Shown here piece by piece: positions 1 to 8,807 of a stretch of 64,000 nucleotides of DNA. The notes below the pieces were generated by a model. That model did not search any database. It was not told where the DNA came from and was given only the letters and a program-made list of their open reading frames with translations. The translations under genes and the position numbers were made by a program. The stretch's first letter is position 1; every line of letters begins with the position of its first letter. The DNA is from Chloroflexota bacterium (GTDB lineage Bacteria > Chloroflexota > Dormibacteria > Dormibacterales > Dormibacteraceae), in assembly GCA_005883575.1 (NCBI GenBank), contig VBFH01000036.1, positions 2,523 to 66,522 of the forward strand, read 5' to 3'.

Positions 1-674
1 GCCCGCACTGAAACAATTCGGCTGGGTACTGGAATCCTGGTCCTCCCACAGCGCGATCCGCTGCTAGCCGCGAAGCAGGCCGCCACCGTCCAGCACCTGA
101 GCGCAGGCCGCTTCACGCTCGGCATTGGTGTGGGCTACATCGCCGAGGAGTATTCGTTTCTCCGAGGCGACTTCGACAGTCGAGGCCAGCTGGCCGACGA
201 GTACATCCAGGCCATCCGTGCGCTGTTTGAAAGTGAGCACCCCGAGTATCACGGCCGGCACATCAACTTCTCCGAGGCACTGTTTTCACCCGGGCTGCAT
301 TCTCCGATCCCAATCGTCTTGGGTGGCGGCAGCAAGGCGGCGCTGAGACGCGCCGCGAACCTCGGCGACGGTTGGTATGGGCTCAGGCTGTCACCAGAAG
401 CGGCAGGCGAAGCGATCGGAGCACTTAATCAGATGGTCATAGACGTGACTTCACGATGTCGCTACGCGTCCAGACCCGGGTTGGGGGATCCGTTGACGCT
501 GACCCCGCGACTACTCTCCATGGCGACACTGACGTGATCGTCGAGCAGCTACGGCGGTACCGCGAAGTCGGCATCCAGCAACTGGTGATCGAACCCTTTT
601 CGTCGACACTGGGTGACTTTCGCGAGCAGATACGCGCATTCGCTTACGAAGTAGCACCGCGTCTGGCCGAGTGA
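1..674 (+). pseudogene. Luciferase-like (LLM class) flavin/F420-dependent oxidoreductase. It is 5'-truncated by the window edge and apparently frameshifted.
   Basis: Frame 1 from nt 1 reads ...RLGTGILVLPQRDPLLAAKQAATVQHLSAGRFTLGIGVGY...GDGWYG, which is typical LLM. The conserved C-terminus (LHGDTDVIVEQLRRYREVGIQQLVIEP) is in frame 3 (429..674). The frames overlap around 430-540. Confidence 0.6.
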
Positions 675-893
675 GGTTGGTGGGGACCACCGCAACAAAC
701 AGCCGACGCTAGATCGCGGTTCGGTCGTTGCTCGGAGGCGAGCGCGGATCTCAGCTGGGAAATGGATCCGCCCAACGCGCGATTATACAGACCGTTCTGT
801 TTATGGCGGCGCGCCTCGAAGCGGCCCATGTGGCGCCCCATGAGACGCACTGCCGCCAAAGGCGCGTTGCGCAACCAATTGGAGGAGTTTGAG

Positions 894-1616
894 ATGAGCA
901 AGCTACCCAACATCGTTCTGGTTCACGGCGCCTGGGCTGACGGTTCTAGCTGGAGCGCGGTAATTGAGCGGCTTCAGAGAGACGGATTCAACGTGACAGC
1001 ACCCCAGTTCGCATTGACCAAGCTATCGGACGACGTCGCACGGCTCCGCGAGGTTCTCGCGCGCCAAAACGGCCCGACAATCGTGGCGGGACATTCGTAC
1101 GGCGGCCAGATCATGACCGCCCTCGGCAAAGACGCGACCAACGTGGCAGGTCTCGTTTATGTCGCGGCGTTCGGGCTCGACCAGGGCGAATCGCTCGGCG
1201 CCCTATTGGCCCAAGGACCACCAAGCCCGGCGATCGCACATCTGGATATCGACAAGCAGGGGTATGCGTGGCTACCCGAGGACGACTTCGTCAGTCACTT
1301 TGCCGGCGACGTCGATCCCGTCAAGGCCAAGGTCATGTTTGCAGCGCAGCAGCCGTTGGCCGTCAGCACGTTCGGGGAATTGATGGGCGAGGTCGCGTGG
1401 AAGTCCTTCCCGTCCTGGTACCTCGTCGCCCAGAGTGACGAGGCCATTCCAGCGGACGCGGAGCGCCTTTTCGCCAAGCGGATGGGCGCCACGGTGGTCG
1501 AGGTCAATTCGAACCACCTGCCGATGGTTTCTCATCCGGCCGAGGTGGCTGACCTGATCGAGTCGGCCACCGAGAAGATCCAGCAAGCGGATGCTGTGAG
1601 TCCTGCGTCGAGGTAG
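894..1616 (+). CDS. Alpha/beta-fold hydrolase
   Basis: MSKLPNIVLVHGAWADGSSW...GHSYGG nucleophile elbow. GGAGGAG Shine-Dalgarno at 881-887 precedes the ATG at 894. The ORF-track start at 762 is probably too far upstream. Confidence 0.85.
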   Translation: MSKLPNIVLVHGAWADGSSWSAVIERLQRDGFNVTAPQFALTKLSDDVARLREVLARQNGPTIVAGHSYGGQIMTALGKDATNVAGLVYVAAFGLDQGESLGALLAQGPPSPAIAHLDIDKQGYAWLPEDDFVSHFAGDVDPVKAKVMFAAQQPLAVSTFGELMGEVAWKSFPSWYLVAQSDEAIPADAERLFAKRMGATVVEVNSNHLPMVSHPAEVADLIESATEKIQQADAVSPASR

Positions 1617-1839
1617 GCGTCTTCAGATCTCCGTCCTGCGTGGCCACCGAGCCGCGCCGGCCGGCCTCAGCCAACCGCGTCGTCAGGCACTACCGCGCGT
1701 GGGTGCACAGAAGGTTGGCCCAGCGACTTCCTGTTGGGTCGGCATCCTTGTGTCGAGTCCGCCAAGCCTCGCGCCGTTGCTAAACATGAAGCAGAGAGCG
1801 CAACCTGCCACCTGCAACTTGCGGCTTTAAGGATACAGA

Positions 1840-2227
1840 GGTGGGCCGAGAGCGGCGATAAGCCGGGTTCTGTATCCCTCGCGGGACGGTGACCATCTGT
1901 CTGAGACGCCGGTTGCCCGGCGTCTTTAGCGACCGATACCCGAGGACTGGGCGAGCCGCCGTTAAAACGTCCTCCTATTTGGTCTTGCTCCGGGCGGGGT
2001 TTACCTGGCCGGCCGGTCACCCAGCCGCCGGTGGGCTCTTACCCCACCTTTTCACCCTTACCTGACGACGTTTCTCCGGAGATCAACCTCGACAGGCGGT
2101 AATTTTCTGTGGCACTTTCCTTCGGGTCGCCCCGACTGGGTGTTACCCAGCGCCCTGCTCTATGGAGCCCGGACTTTCCTCCAACGCTATTCAATTCGCC
2201 GGCGGTCACCCGTCCGCCTCGGCCCGT
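1840..2227 (-). ncRNA. rnpB: RNase P RNA, bacterial type A
   Basis: The reverse complement contains GGAGGAAAGTCCGGGCTCCATAGAGCAGGGCGCTGGGTAACACC, GGTAAGGGTGAAAAGGTGGGGTAAGAGCCCACC, GAGCAAGACCAAATAGG and ACAGAACCCGGCTTAT. P1 pairing is possible between GGGCCGAGGCGG (5') and CGCCGCTCTCGGCCC (3'). Ends are good to about 5 nt. Confidence 0.9.
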
Positions 2228-2235
2228 GGGTAAGT

Positions 2236-2673
2236 CTACCCACGGAGGTTGGAAAGCATGCGCCGAGTCCGCGCGGCGAGGAACCGGCCGTTCGTGACCT
2301 GGAAGAGGCCGTGGAGGATGTGGCCGACGACTCCTTTCGCCCGGCGGTCCATGTTGACCCTCAGAACCGATCCTCCATGCGGCCCCGGCCGTACCTCCAT
2401 CCGCCAGGTGCCGCCGGGCTGCGCGGCATTGGCTTGCTCGACCGTGGCTGTGATCACAGGCTCCTTCCACTCATAACGCTCGATCGACCAGATGCCGAGG
2501 CTCGCCGTGCCCTCCTTGACCCGGGCCCAGCCGTCGCCGCGCTCCAGCACGTGGAAAGAAGACGGAGAGAGGTCCGGCCACAGCGCGACACGACGCGGAC
2601 CGAACTCGGTCAGTGCGTCCCAGACGACCCTGTGATCGAGCTCGCTCTCCACCGTATAGGTGACCTTAGCCAC
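2236..2673 (-). CDS. SRPBCC (polyketide cyclase/START-like) family protein
   Basis: VAKVTYTVESELDHRVVWDALTEFGPRRVALWPD... is typical of the SRPBCC fold. The GTG start at 2673 overlaps the RNase H stop by 8 nt. Confidence 0.7.
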   Translation of the reverse strand: MAKVTYTVESELDHRVVWDALTEFGPRRVALWPDLSPSSFHVLERGDGWARVKEGTASLGIWSIERYEWKEPVITATVEQANAAQPGGTWRMEVRPGPHGGSVLRVNMDRRAKGVVGHILHGLFQVTNGRFLAARTRRMLSNLRG

Positions 2674-3124
2674 CGGACTTGGTCTTCTTGACGTGGGCGT
2701 CGATGGCCATGTTGGCGAGCGCATCGGCGCCGCGGTTTTTGGCGCGTTCAACGTGCGTCACCGCCACGTCCGGAAACTGGCGCATCAGCTCAGTCGCTCG
2801 CTGATGCAGGGGCTGGAGCTCAGGAGCCTTGATCCGGTAGCGGCCGTTGATCTGCTCGACGACTAGCTTGGAATCGAGGTACACCTCGAGCCGGTCCGGC
2901 TTCCAATCCCGCGCTGCCAACAGCCCCTCGATCAGCGCGTGATATTCGGCTTCATTGTTGGTGGTTACGCCGAGCCACCGGTGCAAGCCCCGGAGTCGAA
3001 TGCCCTGCTCGTCTTCGATGACGACTCCCAATCCGGCTGCTCCGGGATTGCCCCGCGAGGCGCCGTCGGTAAATAGACGGAGAACCTTCAGGCGATCACC
3101 AGGATCCGGCCGCAGTTGTCGCAA
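2666..3124 (-). CDS. rnhA: Ribonuclease HI family protein
   Basis: LRLFTDGASRGNPGAAGLG...TNNEAEYHALIEGL...LDSKLVVEQ...NRGADALAN carries the DEDD-type RNase H motifs. The longest ORF starts at TTG 3124. An alternative CTG at 3091 forms a CTGA overlap with the upstream stop. Confidence 0.8.
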   Translation of the reverse strand: MRQLRPDPGDRLKVLRLFTDGASRGNPGAAGLGVVIEDEQGIRLRGLHRWLGVTTNNEAEYHALIEGLLAARDWKPDRLEVYLDSKLVVEQINGRYRIKAPELQPLHQRATELMRQFPDVAVTHVERAKNRGADALANMAIDAHVKKTKSGG

Positions 3125-3780
3125 TGGACGATGTCATCGCCTTTGCGCAGCGCCTGCATGCCCGACGACGTGACTGTGACGTGGCATGCCAGGCATTGGT
3201 TGTGGTCGACCTCGGCGACGGGTGGATGGACGCGCACACGTAGGTAAGCGTTCTGCGCTGCGGGTGTCACCTGCGCCCACGCCGCCTCGCTGTCCGCCTT
3301 GACCGTCACCAGCTCCGCCTGCCAGGACTCGAGGTCTCGACGCAGCGCCGGCTCATCCGACGCCGACCTGGTCCGCGCCTCCTGGAGCCGCTCCGAGGCT
3401 TCGAGCACCGCCTGCTCGGCCAGCTCCGCCTCTTCCATCAGCCGAAGCTCGGCCTCCTCCTCCTCGGCAAAGCTCGCCTTCATGTGCTGCACTTCCTGGT
3501 TCATCTGTATCAGCTCGGTCGGGTTGCGGATTCTCCCGCTCATCAATTCCTTCTCGCGCGACCGCAGCCTCGTACGGTGGGCCTCTCGCTCGCGATCGGA
3601 CTCACGCAAACGGAGCTGGATCGCCTGCTTTTCGGCCCGCGCGTTGGCTAGTGCTTGTTCGCCGTGGGCGACGTCGGGGTCGGAGGCGAGCAGGGACTCC
3701 ACGCGTTCGATCTCATCGCGCAGCTCTCGCTCCTTCTCGACCAGCCGCTGGTAGGCCAGCAGGAGCTGCGCCGGTTTCAT
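3088..3780 (-). CDS. Coiled-coil / C4 zinc-ribbon protein (COG1579, DUF164-like)
   Basis: Long heptad-like E/R/L-rich region, then a C-terminal CLACHVTV...CDNCGRIL zinc ribbon. ATGA overlap with the upstream biotin-carrier gene. Confidence 0.8.
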   Translation of the reverse strand: MKPAQLLLAYQRLVEKERELRDEIERVESLLASDPDVAHGEQALANARAEKQAIQLRLRESDREREAHRTRLRSREKELMSGRIRNPTELIQMNQEVQHMKASFAEEEEAELRLMEEAELAEQAVLEASERLQEARTRSASDEPALRRDLESWQAELVTVKADSEAAWAQVTPAAQNAYLRVRVHPPVAEVDHNQCLACHVTVTSSGMQALRKGDDIVHCDNCGRILVIA

Positions 3781-3989
3781 TCGAGGACGACCAGGACCTG
3801 GCCCTCCTTGACCACCTCGCCCTCCTTCACGCGCACCTCTTTAACCGTGCCCGCACGCGGCGCTGTGACCGGGATCTCCATCTTCATCGATTCGAGGATC
3901 AGCAGCTCATCCTCCTCGGCCACGTGCGCGCCCGGCTCGGTCTTCACCTTCCAGACGTTGCCGACGAGCTCGGCCTTGACTTCGGTCAT
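3777..3989 (-). CDS. Biotin carboxyl carrier (biotinyl/lipoyl domain) protein, 70 aa
   Basis: ESMKMEIPV biotinylation motif within a roughly 70-aa barrel-sandwich domain. ATGA overlaps at both ends. Confidence 0.85.
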   Translation of the reverse strand: MTEVKAELVGNVWKVKTEPGAHVAEEDELLILESMKMEIPVTAPRAGTVKEVRVKEGEVVKEGQVLVVLE

Positions 3990-5548
3990 ACCGGGATATT
4001 GCCGTGCTTGCGCCAGGGGCGGCCGATCTGCTTATCCCCCGCCTGCTCGAGGCCTTTGATGATCACGCGACGCGTCTCGGCGGGATCGATCACGTCGTCG
4101 ATCATCGCCCAACCGGCCGCGAGGTAAGGATTGATCTGCGCGCGGATCGTCTCCACGAGCTGCGCCCGGGTCGCCTCGGGGTTGTCAGACGCCTCGACCT
4201 GCTTGTTGAAGATGATGTTGACCGCGCCCTCAGGCCCCATGACGGAGATTTCGGCGAAAGGCCACGCCACGATCGTGTCGGGTTGGTAACCCTTGCCGCA
4301 CATCACGTAGTAGCCCGCGCCATAAGCCTTGCGCATAATGACGGTCACCTTCGGCACGGTGGCCTCCGACGTCGCGTAAAGCATCTTGGCGCCATGGCGG
4401 ATGATTCCGCCCTTCTCCACCTGCGAGCCGACGATGAACCCGGGCACGTCCATCAGGTAGACCAGCGGCACGTTGAATGCGTCGCACATGCGGATGAACC
4501 GCGCCGCCTTGTCGGCGGAGTCGGAGTCCAGGGCGCCGCCCTTCTGCATCGGCTGGTTGGCCACGACCCCGACCGAGTGGCCGCCCGCTCGGGCAAAGCC
4601 GATGACGATGTTCTTCGCCCACGTGGGCTTGAGCTCGAACCACGAATCGCGGTCGAACACCGGCTTGACGACCCTGCGCACGTCATAGGCGGTGCGCGGA
4701 TTCACGGGCACGATCTTTTCCAGACCCTCGACCAACCGATCGGACGGGTCCCCCATCTCGACGAAGGGAGGCGTCTCGGTGTTGCTCGAGGGCAAGAAAG
4801 AAAGAAAACGGCGCACCGTGGCGATGCAATCCGCGTCGTTCTCGACCTCGTTGTCGCCGACGCCGGACTCGTAGCAATGAACCTGCGAGCCGCCCATGTC
4901 GTGGTCGGTTACGTCCTCGCCGGTCGCCGCCTTCACCAGGCGCGAGCCGCCAAGGGCCATCGAGGACGTGCCCTTGACCATCGGGACGAAGTCGGCGAGG
5001 CCGGGTATGTAAGCCGTACCGGCGGCGCATGGACCGAGCATTGCCGCGACCTGCGGGATCACACCGGACATCACGACCTGGTCGGCGAACAACCAGCCGG
5101 TGCCGGCAAAGGTCGAGCCTGCAGCCTCCTGGATGCGAGCTCCCGCCGAGTCGAGCAGCCAGACGATCGGCTTCCGGTAGCGCAGCGCCAGCTCGCGCAC
5201 GCGGGCGGCCTTGAACTGCTCACCGACGGCGCCCATCGAGCCGGCCATGACGGTGAAGTCGTAGGCGATCACCCAGACCTGACGGCCATCGACGTCGCCG
5301 TGCCCGGTGACCACCCCGTCGCCCGGCGTGCCGTCGGCGTCGACCTCGCCGCCGCGGACCGCCTGCTGGTGCGCGAGCAGTCCGAGCTCGACGAACGTGC
5401 CGGCGTCGAAGAGAAGGTCGAGGCGCTCGCGCACTGTCAGCTTGCCGCGCTCGTGCTGCTTGGCAATCTTCGCCTCGCCGCCCATGGCGAGGTGCTTCTT
5501 GCGTTTGGCGTGCAGCTCGCCGATCCGTGTCGTGTACTCGTCCGTCAC
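3986..5548 (-). CDS. Acyl-CoA carboxylase carboxyltransferase (beta) subunit, propionyl/methylmalonyl-CoA type
   Basis: 520 aa. Matches the carboxyl_trans family along its full length (GGEAKI..QH..GKLT.RER, AYDFTVMAGSMG, GPCAAG.AY, VANQP...GG.LD..SADKAARF). GTG start. Confidence 0.9.
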   Translation of the reverse strand: MTDEYTTRIGELHAKRKKHLAMGGEAKIAKQHERGKLTVRERLDLLFDAGTFVELGLLAHQQAVRGGEVDADGTPGDGVVTGHGDVDGRQVWVIAYDFTVMAGSMGAVGEQFKAARVRELALRYRKPIVWLLDSAGARIQEAAGSTFAGTGWLFADQVVMSGVIPQVAAMLGPCAAGTAYIPGLADFVPMVKGTSSMALGGSRLVKAATGEDVTDHDMGGSQVHCYESGVGDNEVENDADCIATVRRFLSFLPSSNTETPPFVEMGDPSDRLVEGLEKIVPVNPRTAYDVRRVVKPVFDRDSWFELKPTWAKNIVIGFARAGGHSVGVVANQPMQKGGALDSDSADKAARFIRMCDAFNVPLVYLMDVPGFIVGSQVEKGGIIRHGAKMLYATSEATVPKVTVIMRKAYGAGYYVMCGKGYQPDTIVAWPFAEISVMGPEGAVNIIFNKQVEASDNPEATRAQLVETIRAQINPYLAAGWAMIDDVIDPAETRRVIIKGLEQAGDKQIGRPWRKHGNIPV

Positions 5549-5624
5549 CGCGCGAATTCTGCCAGAGGACTCCCACCCCGGCGGCTTCGCCGCCGACCTC
5601 CCCGGCCGGCGGAGAGGTGAAATT

Positions 5625-6290
5625 CTATTCGCCGGTCAGGAGGTCTTCCCGGTCGCGCCAGCGGTCGAGAAAGCGATACATGTTGCGCTTCGACAGACGG
5701 TCACGCTCCGCCGGCGCGGTCGACTCCCAGATCCGGTGCTCATGCTTGACGAGGGGCAGATCCGCGACGACGACCGCGCGGCCGCCCCGGTCCCGGAGCC
5801 GGAAGCTGAACTCCACGTCGGCGATCCGGTAGAAGCGGAACTTGGGGTCAAAGCCGCCGATCGCCTGAGCGTCGGCGCGCCGGAAGGCCATGCAGTAGCC
5901 CTCGATCGCGTCCGCATCGGGCCCCTCGCTCTCGGCGAACTCTTTGAGCGTCCGCTTGCCGCGCAGCCCGAATGGTCCGGCGACCACCACTGTCGGATCC
6001 GACAGCGCCTCGAGCAGCTGCCGCACCGCGTCCCCCTTCAGCTCAACCCCTGGGTCGAACAGGACGATGGCCTCGCCTGCCGCGGCCTCGATCCCGGCGT
6101 TGACCGCCGCTGCAAAACCCAACGTCATTCTCGGCGTGACGACGCGCAGGCGCTCGGCCGCGCGCGTTTGCAACCAGCCCGCGATGCGCTGATCGTCGGA
6201 GTTGTCGACGATCAACGCCTCGAAATCCGATTTCGTGTGCGTGAACACCGAGAGCAGCCAGCGCTCGGCGTCTGGCTGCCAGCCGTGCAC
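5625..6290 (-). CDS. Family 2 glycosyltransferase. This is the minimal ORF, and conserved sequence continues upstream.
   Basis: ALIVDNSDDQ... and FDPGVEL (DxD-like) are GT-A features. The first beta-strand (LLTIVHGW) and a helical extension lie upstream of the first GTG. See findings. Confidence 0.75.
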   Translation of the reverse strand: MHGWQPDAERWLLSVFTHTKSDFEALIVDNSDDQRIAGWLQTRAAERLRVVTPRMTLGFAAAVNAGIEAAAGEAIVLFDPGVELKGDAVRQLLEALSDPTVVVAGPFGLRGKRTLKEFAESEGPDADAIEGYCMAFRRADAQAIGGFDPKFRFYRIADVEFSFRLRDRGGRAVVVADLPLVKHEHRIWESTAPAERDRLSKRNMYRFLDRWRDREDLLTGE

Positions 6291-6495
6291 GATCGTGAGC
6301 AGGGTTACGGCGCGCGCTTGGGGCTTCGGTCCCTCGATTGGCCCCGCCGTGACCGCCTGCAGCTCGCTGCCCGTCGCGCTGTCGACGACGTCCCATCCGC
6401 CGTCGCGGAGCCGATTGCGAATCGCGTCCGCGGCCTCGAAGTCGCGCTCGCGACGCCGCGCGACGCGTTCTTCGAGGAGCTTTTGAGCGCCTACC

Positions 6496-7458
6496 CTATC
6501 CGTGCTTTTTGGCTTTGACGGCAGCCGTCAGCGCCGGCACGATCTTCAGCGCGTCGCCGACCACGCCGAGGTCCGCCATCTTCATGATCGGCGCCTCGGC
6601 GTCCTTGTTGATCGCGATGATCACCTTCGAGGTCTTCATGCCGACCGTGTGCTGCATCGCGCCCGAAATTCCCACCGCGATGTAGACACCGGGCCGGACC
6701 GACTTGCCGGTCTGACCGACCTGCATCGAGTAAGGCACCCAGCCGGCGTCGACGACCGCCCTGCTTGCGCCGACAGCGGCGCCGAGGGCGCTGGCGAGGT
6801 CCTCGAGCAGCGGAAAGTTCTGCGGTCCGCCCATGCCGCGGCCGCCGCTGATCACGATCCGTGCGTCCTCGAGCTTCACCTTCTCGGAAGCCTCGGCCAC
6901 CCGCTCCGCGATGTGCGCGCGTTTCGAGGCGTCCGCCACCGAAGCGTCGAGCTGCTTGAGCTCGGCTGTCCCGCCAGACTCTGAGGCCTCGAACGACTTG
7001 GGGCGGACGAGCACGATGGCAGGCTTGCCGTTCGCTCTCATGGAGGCGACCTTCGAACCACCGAAGTAAGGCACCTTCGCGACGAAGCCTCCGTCCTGCG
7101 CGGCGAGGTCGCTTGCGTTGGCGATCAAGCCGACGCCCAGCCGAGCGGCGAGCCTTCCTGCCACCTCGCGGGAGTCGGTCGTGAACCCGAAGAGGATGAC
7201 GTCGGGCTTCTCCTTCTCGTAGAGCGAGGCCACGGCTTCGGTCGCGGGCTCTGCGATGTAGTCGTCATACGCCGTGTCCTCGTTGACGTGGACAACCTTC
7301 GCGCCGTGCTTGCCAAGCGTCGCCGCTGCGGTTTTTGCTCCCGACCCCAACGCGATGGCGTAGACATCGCCCAGCTCCCGCGCCTTGGCCATCAGCTCGA
7401 GCGATGTGGACGCGAGCTTGCCTTCGCTCAGCTCGGCGTACACGAGAATCGCAGCCAA
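6496..7458 (-). CDS. etfA: Electron transfer flavoprotein alpha subunit
   Basis: The C-terminal FAD-binding region RAVVDAGW.P...QVGQTGK.V.P.LYIA.GISGA.QH is diagnostic. TTG start lies directly after the etfB stop. Confidence 0.9.
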   Translation of the reverse strand: MAAILVYAELSEGKLASTSLELMAKARELGDVYAIALGSGAKTAAATLGKHGAKVVHVNEDTAYDDYIAEPATEAVASLYEKEKPDVILFGFTTDSREVAGRLAARLGVGLIANASDLAAQDGGFVAKVPYFGGSKVASMRANGKPAIVLVRPKSFEASESGGTAELKQLDASVADASKRAHIAERVAEASEKVKLEDARIVISGGRGMGGPQNFPLLEDLASALGAAVGASRAVVDAGWVPYSMQVGQTGKSVRPGVYIAVGISGAMQHTVGMKTSKVIIAINKDAEAPIMKMADLGVVGDALKIVPALTAAVKAKKHG

Positions 7459-8217
7459 CTACAGGACCTTCGCCGCCGCGAGCACCCGGACGATCTTGTC
7501 GACCGCGGTGCCGTCGTCTTCGATGACCTCGCCGGCCTTCCTCGTCTCGGCGTCGACGACGCCCTCGATCGTCTCCGCAGGCTCGGTTTTTTCCACGCCT
7601 AGATCGCCGAATGCGATCTGCTTGATCTCCTTGGAGCGCGCGGCCATGATCCCCTTCAGCGACGCGTAGCGCGGCTCGGCGATGGCCGCGGTGACGGTGA
7701 TGAGCGCCGGCGTCAGCGCCTCGACGATCTGGTAGCCGTCGGCCGTCTGGCGGTGGATCTTGACCATCGACCCGTCGACCTCGACCTTCTTGGCGAACGT
7801 CAGCTGGGGAAAGCCGAGAAGCTCCGCCAGCATCGGCGGCACCATCCCGGTGCTGCCGTCGTATGACTCGGTGGCGCAGATCACGAGGTCCGGCTCCTCC
7901 TGCTTGATCGCCGCCGCTAGCACCCGCGCCGTGAGCAGCGCATCCGCGCCCGCCAGCTGCGCGTCGGAGACAAGCACGGCGCGGTCGGCGCCCATCGACA
8001 ATCCTTTGCGAATCGCGTCTTTGGCCCGCTCCGGTCCCATCGAGACGAGGATCACCTCGCCCCCATGCGCCTCCTTCAGCTGCAGGCCCTCCTCCACGCC
8101 GCACTCATCGCCTGGGTCGAGCACGGCTTCCTTCTCACGCGAGATGCTGTTGTCGCCCTCGAGGGTGAGATTCGAGTTCGGATCGGGTACTTGCTTGACG
8201 GTGACGACGATCTTCAA
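7459..8217 (-). CDS. etfB: Electron transfer flavoprotein beta subunit
   Basis: MKIVVTVKQVPDPNS...LDPGDECGVEEGLQLKE is typical EtfB/FixA. Confidence 0.9.
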   Translation of the reverse strand: MKIVVTVKQVPDPNSNLTLEGDNSISREKEAVLDPGDECGVEEGLQLKEAHGGEVILVSMGPERAKDAIRKGLSMGADRAVLVSDAQLAGADALLTARVLAAAIKQEEPDLVICATESYDGSTGMVPPMLAELLGFPQLTFAKKVEVDGSMVKIHRQTADGYQIVEALTPALITVTAAIAEPRYASLKGIMAARSKEIKQIAFGDLGVEKTEPAETIEGVVDAETRKAGEVIEDDGTAVDKIVRVLAAAKVL

Positions 8218-8231
8218 GGCGTGCCGATCAA

Positions 8232-8807
8232 TTATCGCTGCGCCGGAAGACCGGCATGGAAACGCTCGAGGTCGGCCGGCGTGTTGAGACTTTCGAACTC
8301 CGCGACGTCAAGGCCTTCGAGCCACGTCACGTCGAGGTCCATCACGACGTCGTGCGCCGTGTAGTTGCCGGAGTCCAGTGCGCCGACGATGGCCGGCAGA
8401 GCTGTCTTGCGATACGCGCCGCATACGGGCTCGAAGAGACCGTCGTGACGCGGAATCGCGGCGTCACAGCCACGTGCTGCGGCAACTGCAAGCTCCGCGG
8501 TCGGCCGGGTTACGTAGGGCATGTCGCACGCGACCGCGAACAAGACGTCGTGGCGCGCTGACATCAGCCCAGCCTCGAGACCGGCCAGGGGGCCTGCGGA
8601 TCGCTTGCGGTCGAAGACCACCCGGTAAGGCACCAGCTGCTCCATCTGCTCGGGCTCGGCGAAAGAGATCATCACCTCCGAGAACGCGGCGGCGAGCCTT
8701 TCCACCACGTAGCGAAGCAGAAACGTGTTGCCTGCCTCGATCCAGGCCTTGGGCCTTCCCATGCGCCGGCTGTCGCCGCCGGCTAGCACGAGCAACGTCG
8801 CTTCCAT
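8232..8807 (-). CDS. mobA: Molybdenum cofactor guanylyltransferase
   Basis: LVLAGGDSRRMGRPKA and ACDMPYV motifs. GTG at 8810 and ATG at 8807 are both possible starts. Confidence 0.8.
   Translation of the reverse strand: MEATLLVLAGGDSRRMGRPKAWIEAGNTFLLRYVVERLAAAFSEVMISFAEPEQMEQLVPYRVVFDRKRSAGPLAGLEAGLMSARHDVLFAVACDMPYVTRPTAELAVAAARGCDAAIPRHDGLFEPVCGAYRKTALPAIVGALDSGNYTAHDVVMDLDVTWLEGLDVAEFESLNTPADLERFHAGLPAQR

Noticed and set aside
1667-2470. ORFs 1667-2020(-) and 2039-2470(-), and the + strand ORFs across the same region.
   Set aside because: The region is occupied by RNase P RNA and the SRPBCC gene. The translations have no protein-like features.
4004-5620. A 538-aa ORF antisense to the carboxyltransferase. 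Similar very long shadow ORFs include 18795-21611(-), 17648-19246(+), 22725-24302(-), 38029-39435(+), 44093-45400(+), 53702-54892(+), 58140-59555(+), 61306-62688(-), 12875-14089(+) and 33313-34503(-).
   Set aside because: They are Arg/Ala/Pro/Gly-rich low-complexity translations, lying opposite or out of frame to genes with clear family motifs. This is the usual artefact of stop-codon depletion in high-GC DNA.
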